64,000 bases of DNA, taken from Acanthaster planci (Eukaryota). This document shows positions 25,880-38,300 of the stretch, piece after piece. The stretch lies in assembly GCF_001949145.1 (NCBI RefSeq), contig NW_019091355.1, positions 5,464,517 through 5,528,516 of the forward strand. The letters are read 5' to 3'. The notes under the pieces are model-generated. The model did no database searches, was not told where the DNA came from, and saw only the letters and a program-made list of their open reading frames with translations. Both the position numbers and the translations under genes were made by a program. Position 1 is the first letter of the stretch; each line of letters opens with the position of its first letter.

Positions 25880-28800
25880 TAGTTTGGCATATTGGGATGT
25901 CCTGGGCTTAACACTGGGAGGTGGTATGCTATCCCAATCCTTCTTGTATTTCAGGTAGCAGTAAAACAGGAAAACGGGCTTGATAAGACAGTGTCGTTAA
26001 GAAGCATGTGTTGGAATTACTAAAGTTTGGACACAGCCTCCTCGTTGCAGGGGTGGGGGCCACACGTAACCGAAGGTACGATACTGCCCCAAGTTGAGGC
26101 CTGCTGTATGCCTACCTTTCCACTCAGAATGTGGAGAGGAGCTTCATATCGTTTAAATTCAGTAGCTCCTGCCCCCGTTTTGATTAAAGCCATGATAAAT
26201 GCTTCAGACCGGTTCTGCTGTCCCGAATGTTTTTTTCTAAGGTTTTCTGAGCCATTAAAAAGCCGTGAGGGAGATTACTTGGCACCACTTCTCAACAGTC
26301 GGGGCGGTAAAATTAATGATCGGCCTGTGTGCACCATGGCAAGATTAATAACGCGTGAAAGCCATTAACTAAAACATGATGGTAGATGGCTACTTTTTGC
26401 CCCTTAATTTCCCGCCATAAAACAGTGACAGCGCGCCAAACAGACGCCAGTACACGACTAGTGATGTCGTGGTTAACTGACAAGGCGGTTAACGACACAA
26501 TATAGTCGCAATAATACATTATACATTGTTTTAAAGTGAGAGGGATACTTTCGTTTGAAGTAAAGTGTCATGGCTTTTAAAACGAATTGTACATAGGTCT
26601 GGCAATGTCTGTGCCGCGTACCAGTCAATTTCGTATACATATATTCGTAACGACCTCTTTTTGAGGTGGTATTCCGTCCAGATGTTGATTTCTGAAAAAG
26701 AAAGACTGGAATTTAGTAGAAACTTGCAACGTTGGTCAAATTTGTACTATTTTGAGTTGAACTCCAGGACTCTTTAAGGTCTGCGTTTAATATTCTTTTG
26801 GTCTTCCGTAGGATTTCTACTTCAGTACGATTCTCATCTCCTAGTTCGGAGGTGCCACCCATGTCGGTTTTGTTATGAAGGCGACATGGCCGCAATAGTG
26901 ATGCGTCATTTCGGTTGATGATACATATAGACCTCAGTTAAAATTTGTCCTCGACGGATAAGGATGATGCAGCCCAGTAATTGAGTCCATTAGGGGCTGT
27001 CAGGTTTAATCAGAGTGGCTGCTCATAACTGTATCAAACTAATTATGAGAACTGTATCTTTTTTTGTCGTACTGCTTGTAACAAATACAAAAACGGTTTA
27101 CCGCCATCTGAGTGTTACAGCGATTTACATGCAGCATTACATCTCTGTTCCCACTTTAACTATATTTTACACATTATGATGCACGATCCAGCGTTTAAAA
27201 CAAAATGGCCACGATTGTAGAACGGCCCGGTGAATACGAGTTTTTATTCATAGCTTCAATGCTTAATCTAATTATCATTCACGAACCCTGTCAATCTTCT
27301 TCGCTTGTCTCGAGCTTTATGATCTGTCAGTCTTAATTTCGCCCCATCTGAATCCTCCGTTCTCAAAGACAACAATTTCCCGCGCCTCTGTCATCGCCTA
27401 TCGAAGTAAGAAGTGCAGTTCAACCTTAACCCCGACATACATGTAGTTCATCTTGCACCTTGACAAACTGCCAGGCACACAACAGCGCGCACACCCGTGC
27501 TGGCGCGCTAATTCACATAAAGCACCCTCGCATCAAGAGCTATGGTATGGGTTGATGTTTGTAGCGCTCTCATTGGATGACATAACGTCTGACGAATACG
27601 TTGCAGTTGGCTGTCGCAAAACATAATGGCATCATGGAAAGGCCTACAACGTTGATTCGCATTGTCTGTTCACGTGCCGTACGGTACGGCCCACCCACAA
27701 TCCTCAGCGTCACCAGCTCGAGAACCTGTGTTTTCTGTTCACCCTGTACCGGCATCTTTGGTAACGAGCACCAGTGGGTATGAGCGAAAGGTGTACGTGC
27801 CCAACTCAGGTCCCCGTCCCCGTTTAGCACAGTGCGCGAGCTCTTCAGCCAAAGTGCACATCATTTGGTATGGTATTTCGTGTTCTTTCGATTAAACTTG
27901 AAAAACAGTCTCGTGTTGGATGGGACTTGGTCTAGGTTTAAGTGCGTTTAGATCAATGTCGCAACTGCCAGGTTGCGATGATCAACCTCCACGTCGACAC
28001 ACAGAACTTGAACTTTGCAATGTGCATTTCGACTGCATTATCGATTGGCCTCGATGATTGTGCTGAAAAGCTGGATCAGGGAAAAGACATTGGCTCAAAG
28101 TTCGATCCACCTTTTTCAGCACTAGGGGCAAGGAGCCGAACAACAGGAAAACAATAGTTTTGGAGAGGAAATCTTGAATTGGGACGGAAGAGCGACATAA
28201 CGAAGAGGACCTCGTCTGTCATTCTCAACACTGTCAGGTCGTGAAATTAAATTTCTGACAGCGATTTTCTTTTGTCAGAAATGAAAGTTTGAGTGGTGCA
28301 ATGTACTATCTCTTAATTGTTGTGAGTTATGTGGATACGCCTCATAATACAATTATGTACTACACATTGTAAAATATGTTGAATTAAAAAAAAATAATTA
28401 TGAAAGACATGAAGCAGAGGAATACTGAAAACAAGCCCCTTTGCAAACATCAAAATATGGAAGAATCTTTAAAAACCGACAATGTTGGTTTACAATTTCG
28501 TTTCCAGATGAGAAAACGGCTCACATTTGTGCAAAGATTTTTTAGTGTGAATCCCTTAAGTGGCAATAGTTATCATGTGTATAGAGCCTATTCTTGCGCT
28601 TGTTTTTCACCCCTGCCATTTTTCTATTGTTTTCCAAGCCGCAAGATATTTTGTTTGACCATACTAACGACTGGAGCAACATGATGGATATGGCATCGAA
28701 AGGGTATACCCAGTCGGAAGCCAGACTGCATGCCATTTCAGCGCAGACTCCTGCGCCTCCGTCACAAAGACGAGACGATTTTTGAGGATGAAAGCAAAGG

Positions 28801-29660
28801 AGAGCGAGAGAGAGAAGGGGAGGGGGAGAGAGAGTCGGGGACAAGACAGCCATCAGCGCTTACAAAGTGTACTGGCGTTATAGGCATTAAGATTAATCGG
28901 TCACTTTGCTGTTCTCCGCAGGTCTGCCTCGGTCGTTTACAGAGTGGAGTGCGGCATTAAAGCATGCCGCCTCTGCGCCGTTCTTCCTCCCCATCTCTCC
29001 CATCTCTCTCCGCTCTCCGCTTCACGCTTTCCTATCTCTCCCGCTTTCTTCAGATTGGACAGCTACTTAATAAAGAGCGTCTTACCCACAGGAAGCAATG
29101 TATCAAAGCCAACAGAGTCATTTGGCCACATCTATTAGGAGGGCCAGTGGAAGTGTGGGGGAAACACAGTCTTTTTGAGAGTTCCTTTTCTAAATTTTCT
29201 TTTCATGAGATATTTTTAATGCTGTCAGTAAATTTGTAATTTTTTGTCCTTGATGGAACTTCTTTTTTTCTTTTTTTTTTATAGTATGTATGTGTGCTAT
29301 AGAGAGTGTTTATCGAGAGTTTACAGGAGTGACATGCGAAAACGGATGCGAATACAGAACAGTCTCAAAACGTACCATTGTACATGTATATGCGATGGCG
29401 GCCCAGTGAAGCCAATCCAGGTGCACAGACAACAAACAATCAGATGCACGGAGAGGGGTCTTCTCCAACTAAAGTCACACACAAACCACACAGCCAACGG
29501 TTACTGGGAAAGTTCCCCAAATTTGGTGTTGCCAGAAATTCTCTTTTTAAAATAAATCAACTTGCACTCATCTTACTTGTTAGACAGATAACCGAGACAG
29601 CGTGGTGTTTGGGAAAACAGAAAGCCCCAATAAACTTAGTTTGCAGAACCCAACTTTATA

Positions 29661-29908
29661 CCTCGCAGCGAGGTGAGGCGAGCAGAACTAATTTTCTGCG
29701 CTTTCTTAAGCCAGCCAATTTTGGCGCCCATACCGCCAAGCCGACGAGTTATGGCGGGCTCCCCGGCAGCGGCCGGTCGTATTCATCACGATAGGCGAGC
29801 GCGACGCGTGGCGCGCATGAAGGATAGGTTTTGGCGGGAGATTGGATGGGTTGGCGGCGCCGCGCTTATCGTGCGAGACGTGTGATGGACGAAGTTAATG
29901 GCGCGAGG
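29661..29908. mobile_element. GC-rich MITE flanked by TA
   Basis: TA|CCTCGC ... GCGAGG|TA. CpG-rich, partly self-complementary interior, sharply distinct from the left flank. Confidence 0.5.
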
Positions 29909-31957
29909 TATGATGGATGGCCGCCCGCACTGCTACAGCAGTCCCCCATGCTTCTTCTTCCGTCTCATCCTCCTTCTCTTGCTTAAAGGGCAGATGCTAA
30001 AGGGCCTGCATCCCGCTCGCGTCTCCCTTCAGGGCTCCTGCCAACCGAGCCGGTTGAAGGGATGTTCGTTTTAGCGTTTTAGTTGTGAATTATGGAGAGG
30101 AAAGAAATGAATGGTGCATGAAGGGCACGTCATCACCCGCGCCTGCCCGTTGCTGAAGCTGATGAATATTGGCAGACTTTGGGTCTCCGGTTGGGTTGGG
30201 CAACCTTTTATATTCCCGTCAACCGAAGTTTGATATTAATGCCTGGATGTGGAAGCCTGAATTTGCACACCAAATCCGCACCCGTGTTTCTTTTCATCCA
30301 ACTTGTGACAGGAGGCAGACACACATCACAGAAGAGACTCGCGCTCTCAATTCCGGTCATATTAGTTCTGTGGCAATACCAATTATCAAAGTAACAGAAC
30401 CGATTGGTAAACATCAAACTCTACGGCACATTGTACTAGTAATCCTTTGTTACCATACCGAAGTATTGTCTCAATTTTAGGGGACCTAACATTGCAGACT
30501 AACATTGCCGGGGGGATCTCGCGTCTTGACGACAGCCTTGACCATTGTCACCGTAAGCATGCATACTACCTGTATTACATGTCGGGCCCAGATTATAACC
30601 CCCGCCAGTGTCGCCACCCATCTATCCATTAATTCCCTCCTCGTGCATCCTCCAGCCACTCATCCGTAACAAGCGTTTCATTTACAACTCTCTCGCGAAA
30701 CCGGTCCAAGCTTTATCTGAAACTGGCAGCCATGTATGATCGATTCTCAAAGCATTCAACCGGTCATCACCACAGGATGGCACTGATGTAGTGGGTATAC
30801 ACTTCCAAGGAGCCGTGCAACGTCTGGAAAAAAAACCCGTGCTCTCTCTGTTTTTCAACAGCCTCTTGACGTGGCAGTTTCCTTTAAGGATTGTCCATCT
30901 TAATGATACTTCATCTTGCTCTTCCCTCCTTTCCCTCGTTTAGCAATGGAGCGTCCTCTTGTTTGCCGACGAGTACAAATTGACTAAGTAGGGTACTCCT
31001 CATCGCCCGTATAAGACGCGGGCTTTCGGGGGGGGTGTCCTCTATCCATCCTACGGGGTGATGGATATAGCCGCGGAGGTCCGGAGACAGGAGGCTTTGG
31101 CCGAGGGAGGTAACGATGGCACTCGTCTCATTGGGTGATTATGGAGCAATGATACAGTCTCTACTACCGTTTTCCCCATACACCTCCGCTTCTAGGCGCC
31201 ATCCTTAAGGGATTAGAAGTCTTAAAGAAGCAAGCGACCTGATTCAGAGACGTTCAGCTTGCCATTTCAGAAGAACAATTCCATGGAATCAAACCGATCC
31301 GGTATTTGTTTTTTGTAAAGCCTTACTTCCCCAAGCAAAAAGGATTCGAGAATTAAAAACACGCAGACCAGGGCCCATTTAGAAGTCAGCGCCATTGCAC
31401 CACTGTTGACAGTACAGGAATAAAAAGCTTTGGATCAGGGATCTGGTAAGGGGGGGGTTTCATACGTAATTTAATGGAAATTACTGGAGATCTTGATTTG
31501 AAGCCAAGAAGAAATCAGCGGTGTTGTATCGCATTTACTTGCGTCGCCGTCAGACCGCATGCTTCCTATGCTTTTCTTTGTCAAGTTATCGATACAGGCT
31601 ATCGAGTGAAGCTATCCCCGATTATTGGCGAATGACCAAATGTCGGTGGAATCGAGACGGCCGGCGAGGGTTCACGTGCACTTCGACAAGGCTGAAGTTG
31701 ATGGGGACGAGTTGGGGGTACCAGCAGCTTCGCACATAATACCAGGGACATCAGAGCAGCCATAAAACTCCCAGAGACACGCACTTGATAGCTGTTTTGT
31801 TGACACTCTTAATTTTTTTTTTATTCTGAAGGAGACACAGATACAGTTCTCAGTTCAGGGACTTTAAGAAGCTTGATATGTCCTCAGGATACACAAAGCA
31901 TAAAATCCCCCCCCCAAAAAAAAGGTGCAAGGAAACATGGTCACATTTTAAAAAGTG

Positions 31958-33211
31958 GCGGTATTTAGAATCTGGCGTGGTTTTAAAGAGGACACCCTCG
32001 ACTTGATGATGCCTCATATTCATTGCTTTCGACAATCCAGAGATATGCCCCAGTTAACACAAGTGCTTAAAATTACTTTGGGCCTTTGTATAGTCTGATC
32101 ACTGGACCTCATCGAAAACGACAAACCTTGCATTTCATCTTTACCCAATAATCAAAGGATATGCTGTCAGCCCCGTGCCTTAATATTGAGATATGCTGAC
32201 AAGTAACCCTTTTTTCCCCTGGGAAGTGACGCTGAACTCAATTTTGATAGCTTGTGTTTACTGGGGCATATCTCCGAATCTTTCAAAGCAAAATCGTCAT
32301 CGTTTTCACGCAGAGACGGGCATGTCAAAATTGGCAATTTGTTTCGATTTCGACGTCAATTTTATTCACTATTTTGCCTTTATCATATCGTATTTGACCA
32401 TTTTGACATGCTTCCATAATCAAAACATCAATCATTTCTTAATTATATAAATGAAACCATTACACAGCCTTAACCTCACCTAAAGCTACAAAACACTACA
32501 TATTGTAGCAAACAGTGCTGTGGCTTCTTTGAGTAGGCTACACGTCCTTATTGTTCTCCGAAGCCATAAAATACTATTATACGACAATTTACCATACGGT
32601 GCTTTGCACTGGCTTGCATACACGACCTTATTGTTCTCAGTACAATTAACAATGGAAGTGCCCCAGACTAGAAAGAGTACTTTATAGTGCAAGATATTCG
32701 GCCTTATATTGCGCTATATTTTGTTCTGTACTGAGTGCTGTATCCCAGGGAATACGCTGGGGAGAAGGCATCTGGATAACGGCAGTTTGTATTGCCACGA
32801 AGAGAAGCGAATATGTCTGCCCCTTGTACACGTACATGTACAAACCGTATTGCCAGGAAAGGCATAAAAAAGGTCAATTGAAATTTTCGTTTACACGAAG
32901 GGACGGGCATCTTTAGAAATTAATGTTGGCTAATTAACTACTGTTTTCATTCTGATTGCTGAGTTGACATTAAATTTTCCGTTTAGGCGAGTCATGTGGG
33001 GTTACCTTATTGCAAAAAAACTTGTCGCAAAATAGAAGTTTTTGTGATTTTAAAATCGGAGAAACTCCTCTCGCAATTATTTCGAAAACAGTTGCTCTTC
33101 AAAATTCACATGCCCATCCCTTCGTGAAAACGGTGACGAAATAGGATGGAAGAAATACCGTCATCATGCGACGAGTGTCCTCTTTAAAACGATGCAAGTT
33201 ATAAATCCCGC
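31958..33211. mobile_element. Fold-back type DNA transposon relic of about 1.25 kb with nested inverted repeats
   Basis: GTTTTAAAGAGGACAC (31980-31995) is the exact reverse complement of 33175-33190, and similarity extends out to 31958/33211. Inner IR 32023-32074 vs about 32240-32291. Motif CGTTTTCACGxAGxGAyGGGCAT occurs at about 32301(+), 32888(+) and 33110-33132(-). Confidence 0.7.
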
Positions 33212-33413
33212 GAGTTGACATTGAAAATTCAAAATAGAGTGTATTTGCTAATTGCAGCAGCTTTTGGGATACACTTGTATGAGGCCCATTAACCTGTTTG
33301 CTGATTCGTCGTTTTGTTATAGTCAGTGTAGACCTTGATTTTGCAACTGCATATCCTTGCCGACTACGCAGTGGTTGACAAACTGTGGTTGGTCATCATT
33401 TCAAAAATACAAA

Positions 33414-33599
33414 GAGTGGTGGAGACGTCTGCACTAGTAAGCAGGTGGTTGTTGGTTCGAGTCACACCCGAGTACGCTTGTGGGGTTTTTCACAAGCCTT
33501 CGGGGGCATACACTGAGTATACAGTGTTAAAATAGACGTCGGAAAGGGCAAAAATCCAAAATTAATTTACATCTCCCCGGCGCAAATCCATCCTTGAAA
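33414..33599 (+). mobile_element. Diverged 5'-truncated copy of the tRNA-module repeat family
   Basis: GAGTGGTGGAGACGTCTGCACTAGTAAGCAGG...GGTTCGAGTCACACCCGAGT (A-box remnant, intact B box), same downstream hairpins, same tail ending CTTGAAA. Possible degenerate TSD AAATACAAA/AAATAGAAA. Confidence 0.8.
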
Positions 33600-35274
33600 T
33601 AGAAAAAGAATTTGCAAAATGTTGTTATTGTATTATGCAGCATGTTGCCATCTGTAAAGCACACAGTACCGTTTAATTGGAAATGAAGAATACTCTGGGT
33701 TCTCGGGTGACATGTGAGTGTGGATTTCGCACTGGATCTATTGCCAAGTATTGGATCAAGTTCAACAAAGCCTCACTTGAACACAAATGGAATAAAAATC
33801 ATTTTGTGGCAGGAGCTGCTGCCGATTACCGGCGAACTATCTGCAAACTTTGGCTGCCTATATACAACAATGGAGGTCGATTTTGGCAAGTAGAAGGAAG
33901 ATTTATCGCTACCCCAAAACAATGGAATGGATCGATAAACAACCGTGGGTGTGTAGATTGAATTTATCAAAAAGAATCTGAAGGCCACTCTCGTAAGAGC
34001 AATCGTTTTAATGTCGAAAGGTCTAGATTGATCGTATTATGGTACGGATTGAGGAACCTTTTGAAATTCTAGACCGCGTTAAACGACAAATGTGAATTTT
34101 GTAAGCTTTTAACCACGCAAAGGGATCTCAGAAAAAAGGCAGAAAGTATCGATTGAAACTCTTTTCGCTAACTTCATATCGGTATTGAATATCTGCTCCA
34201 GCTATGGTTTTTCCAAAATAACAATTCATGACAATTTATATCGCCCATCGAAGTCATAATTATCATGATGGTGCATGTTGCAAGGTAAAATGCGACCGTT
34301 TTTATAGGTTTATGCAATGAATCTGAATCTCCCAGACTGCATCTTGTCAGTGTAGTTAAGTAAGCCCTAGTTTGATAAACCCAAACGCAGTCTAGGATCG
34401 GGAAATGTAACTGTGACAATATGATAAGCAATCAAAACAACTCGGACAGCAGCATTGACGCTATCAGCGTACACAATCGTGACTGAACTCTGTGCTCCTT
34501 GTCGACAAGCCTGTTATTTGCACCGCATGACACCAAAAACCTACCACCACCTGGTTCTGGCCTACCGTCTACGAAATGATGCGTTCCGAGTGCTTGACCT
34601 ATTACACCATATATTATTAACTGACATCCCGGGACCAGCCTATATCTGTCAAGAATACGAATATGTGGTGACAGAAATCATACTTCTGTTTTGCCTGCTG
34701 GGGTCAAAGTCCCACCGAGATGTTAAAATTTAACAAGTAGATTTGTTTTGTTCACCAAAGTCGGTGGCAACCAGTCCTGAAAATCGTTTTTGGAAAGCTC
34801 GGTTGCTAACTTTTAAAATGTCCCTTTCGCTACACATGCACGCCGTCAGTGAACTCCTCTGCAAGTCTGTCGATGTCCAGTAGAAATGTGCACGGAGCTA
34901 TGGACCCCTTACAGCTGGTACTCGGTAGTAGTTCCTGTAACATGGCAAGGAACGTTCATTGAATGAACGTGACGTGCAATCCCACCATACTTGGTATAGG
35001 CCCTACTAAATGTTTTTTGCAGACGTGGGCTGCCACCCAGTTCTGTGTAGTGTGGTTTAAGGCTGTTTTCGTGTGAATGTCACGCCACGGAATCCACTGA
35101 GCAAAATTTTCTCATGAACAGCTTGGTAAAATCTAGACAAGGAGTAAAGGATATGATTTAGATTCCGCTTTGGGGCTTCGATATTTTAACTTGTTGATCC
35201 TTGTGAATGGTTGGCAGTGACATGTCTTTACGTTAACTGTGACGTCTTAGCGTGGCCACTATATCTTTGCCGTA

Positions 35275-35345
35275 ATCATCGCTGTCATCATGATCACAAT
35301 CGTCATCATCATCGTTATTATCAGTGTCATGATCAGTATCAGCGC
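35275..35345. repeat. Decayed (CAT)n microsatellite
   Basis: ATCATCGCTGTCATCATGATCACAATCGTCATCATCATCG... Confidence 0.7.
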
Positions 35346-38300
35346 CATGGTCTGGTCCCCGCCGCCCCGTGCATTATATGGAATGATGAAGTGCAATATC
35401 CGGTCATTAATGCCGTGCGATTTTGTTATAAATGTACAACACGTACGGTCATTAATCATGTAGCCTGTCCTCCTCAGAGATTCAGGCTAATCGACAATAT
35501 CGTTTCCCGCTCCCCGTCTCCCTACAAGCCCAGCGTTATTAACAGTCATTCGGTGCCACGTTAGTTATTACTGGCCCATTTTCTCGCACAATGAGCTCAT
35601 CAATCATATTTTTTTATTGAGTCCTGGAGATATCTGGCGAATATTAGTCCAGATTTGGTGTTAAAGGAACAATGTTGGCCCATTACTCAAGTATACAAAC
35701 TGCATAATACTGTCAGTGGTATTCGTTGGGGGCAGATTACCCAGGCATTGTAAGCTTGGGTACATTTACAAAATGTCGCCCTGTCTTTATTCGTATGAAT
35801 ATCATAGTCTGTGTACAGCGCACAGACGCCCACAATGTACGTACGTGCAGTTTACGGAAATTTGGCGCACTCCATAATATCGGGTTTTTTTTCTTGCCGA
35901 ATGGATATGGAAATTAGAGACTGACCCAATCTGACGAATCGTAGGAATAACATTCAAATTCAAGCACTTTGAATGCAAAGTTAGGAAATTTGATCTCAAT
36001 CCATTTGAAGGATTAGACCGTTCTGTCTTCGGGAAGGATGCTCGGCCACAGCGGGTAGGGCAGTCATACATGTACGGGCGCCATTAACTTTGTATTTTGG
36101 AAGACGTGCATGACAGCTAAATGATTTTGTGTGGGGGGATTTCAGTCGAGAAAAAATTGTTTTATAACTCTACGGGCGAACTCATTGATGACAGAAGCTG
36201 TAAAGAAAGGTAGATTTGTGGGAAGTTTGGCCGGCAAATTAAAACCAAATTTTGTCTTAATTTATCATTTGTGCAGTCAGTGATGGGGTTAACTTCAGTG
36301 TGTGTGAGTGGTAAGATTAACAGTGAGGCGGAACGACACGGGTTAAGCGGCTGAATGCCGGAGTCTCGTTCCTCGCTTCCGCTCTCAAAAAAGGTGTTGA
36401 AAACCCACACGAGTGGTGTCTACATCACATCACTCGCCCCAGCACGGACACCACAGCAGAATGGACCTGACATCTCTCGATATGTACTTTTTGCACCTAC
36501 GTTTTTAAGAGTCATGCGTTGGACAGACGCATGTCGAATGCACGGCAGTGTCGTGTATACACACCACAGGAACCGTGTCATCATCGTCAGTCAGACTCGT
36601 CATTCATCGCCTCCGATGGCTTGTAATATTGAATTACGCCAACCGTGTCCCACTTCAGTGCCGGCATTATTTGCCGCCAAGTCGCACCGGCGGAGCCGTT
36701 AGTGGTCGCCTCGCCTTTATTGTAAACATCTGTATAATGAACTGCCACATTTTTACATCTGGCTGAGCACCACCATAATAATACGCGTAGCAGGGATTCG
36801 CCACTGAGGGATGTTAATTCGAAGGAATCGGCGTCACCATATGCCATCATAACGAGGGGATATTCGGTAGTTTGAAGATCTACAGTGGGGCGGGGCGGTG
36901 GTTATGGGGGAGATTCGCGTTCACAAGTGGCCAATCCTGGGCAGGTTAAAAAAGTCCACTTGATCCGTCACACGATAGTTGTTGTTTTTTCTCCGAATTA
37001 AAACCTAGGAGCTTCCTTTCTCCGGAAAAACCTCGGTTGCAAAGGAGACTTTTACGGAGTCATCCCTTTTTGAAGGGTCCTCCATGCGCCCCTCGAAATC
37101 TCATTGGTGAGTAGGTTACCCTATGACTTTCAGGCCGCGGTTCCACATACGAATGTGTTCATATCGTAAGATCAGTTTCGCATTGGACTGAAGTTTGAAC
37201 CAGCCCGCAGCGGCCTGTTCATGCTTCAGGCGAATGTGAAAGCGAAGCGAATTTGACTTCACGAATGAATTGTGCGGTAGCGAAATTTCGCTCGAGTTGA
37301 AATGTGCCCGACTTTTGCAGATTGGCAGTGTGAATAACGATCTGACGCTCTGATTTATTTATTGATATTGATTTGAGGCTTTTGTTCACTTTCGCGCCAA
37401 ATATGAACCAACCTCTAGACAGCCCGGCACAAGAGACACTTTGATAAGACAAGAGGCCCACGAACTTAAAACTTCGGATGAAGCAATCTTCAGACTGAAA
37501 AAAAAGAATCGTCTCTAACAACAGCATTGTTTCGTAACTTAGGTTCTTTGACCTCGAAGGAAGCATGGTAAGAATAAACAAAGAATGTATGCTACAAGTG
37601 GGTACTTGGGAATAATAGCAGAACAAAATTCCATCCTCTCGTTTGGGAAGTATGGCCAAAAAAGGGAAGCACAGAAATCAGAAACGGACAAATAACTACG
37701 CTCAGTGCACGTGCGTGGAAAACTGGGCCAACGTGTGGAGCTATCAAGACCCACGGAGGAGGGTAAATAACACTCCACAGACTACGAGCAGTGACCCGAG
37801 TAGGGAAAGACACAAGCAGGAAGTAATACGAACCCGCGGGAAAGATGTCATTACCCTTAAAATGTTGCATCATGTCCAAGTTGGGCACGCTCGCATAAAG
37901 TTGGCCATCGCTTGTACATATACATGTACTTCTGGGACTGGTATAATGTACGCGGTAACCTATAGGTTACGTATAGTGTGGAAACGTGAACAACACATGT
38001 CCACGCGATGGAGGAAGGGAATGCGTTCTGTGGGTAAACTTACCTTCGTCCATATTAAAAAGGATGTGTCTACTCTGAAAAAGAGGTTTAGAGGTGTTTG
38101 GGGGCTAGGCTGTCTGTCGCAATTCAAGAGGAACAGTAAAGCAAACAGTTAATGAGAAAGTATGGCTTAAAATAGTCTTCAAAGTTCAAGAACATGAGTA
38201 GTTTTTCTTAACTGCACGAAAATCAAATAGTGTCAATATTGGATTTGAAAAGTGTTTGTGGGTATATGCCTTTCTCGGGTTACGGGGATAATTTTCTTCT

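Noticed and set aside
30944..31110. AG...GTAACG bounded exon-like segment
   Set aside because: Stops in all three frames and no other support.
35706..35717. TAATACTGTCAG, matching the start of miR-8/miR-200 family microRNAs
   Set aside because: Match stops after 12 nt and I see no precursor hairpin.
37643..38152. Longest ORF (169 aa)
   Set aside because: No recognisable domain, non-ATG start, no splice context; consistent with a chance ORF.
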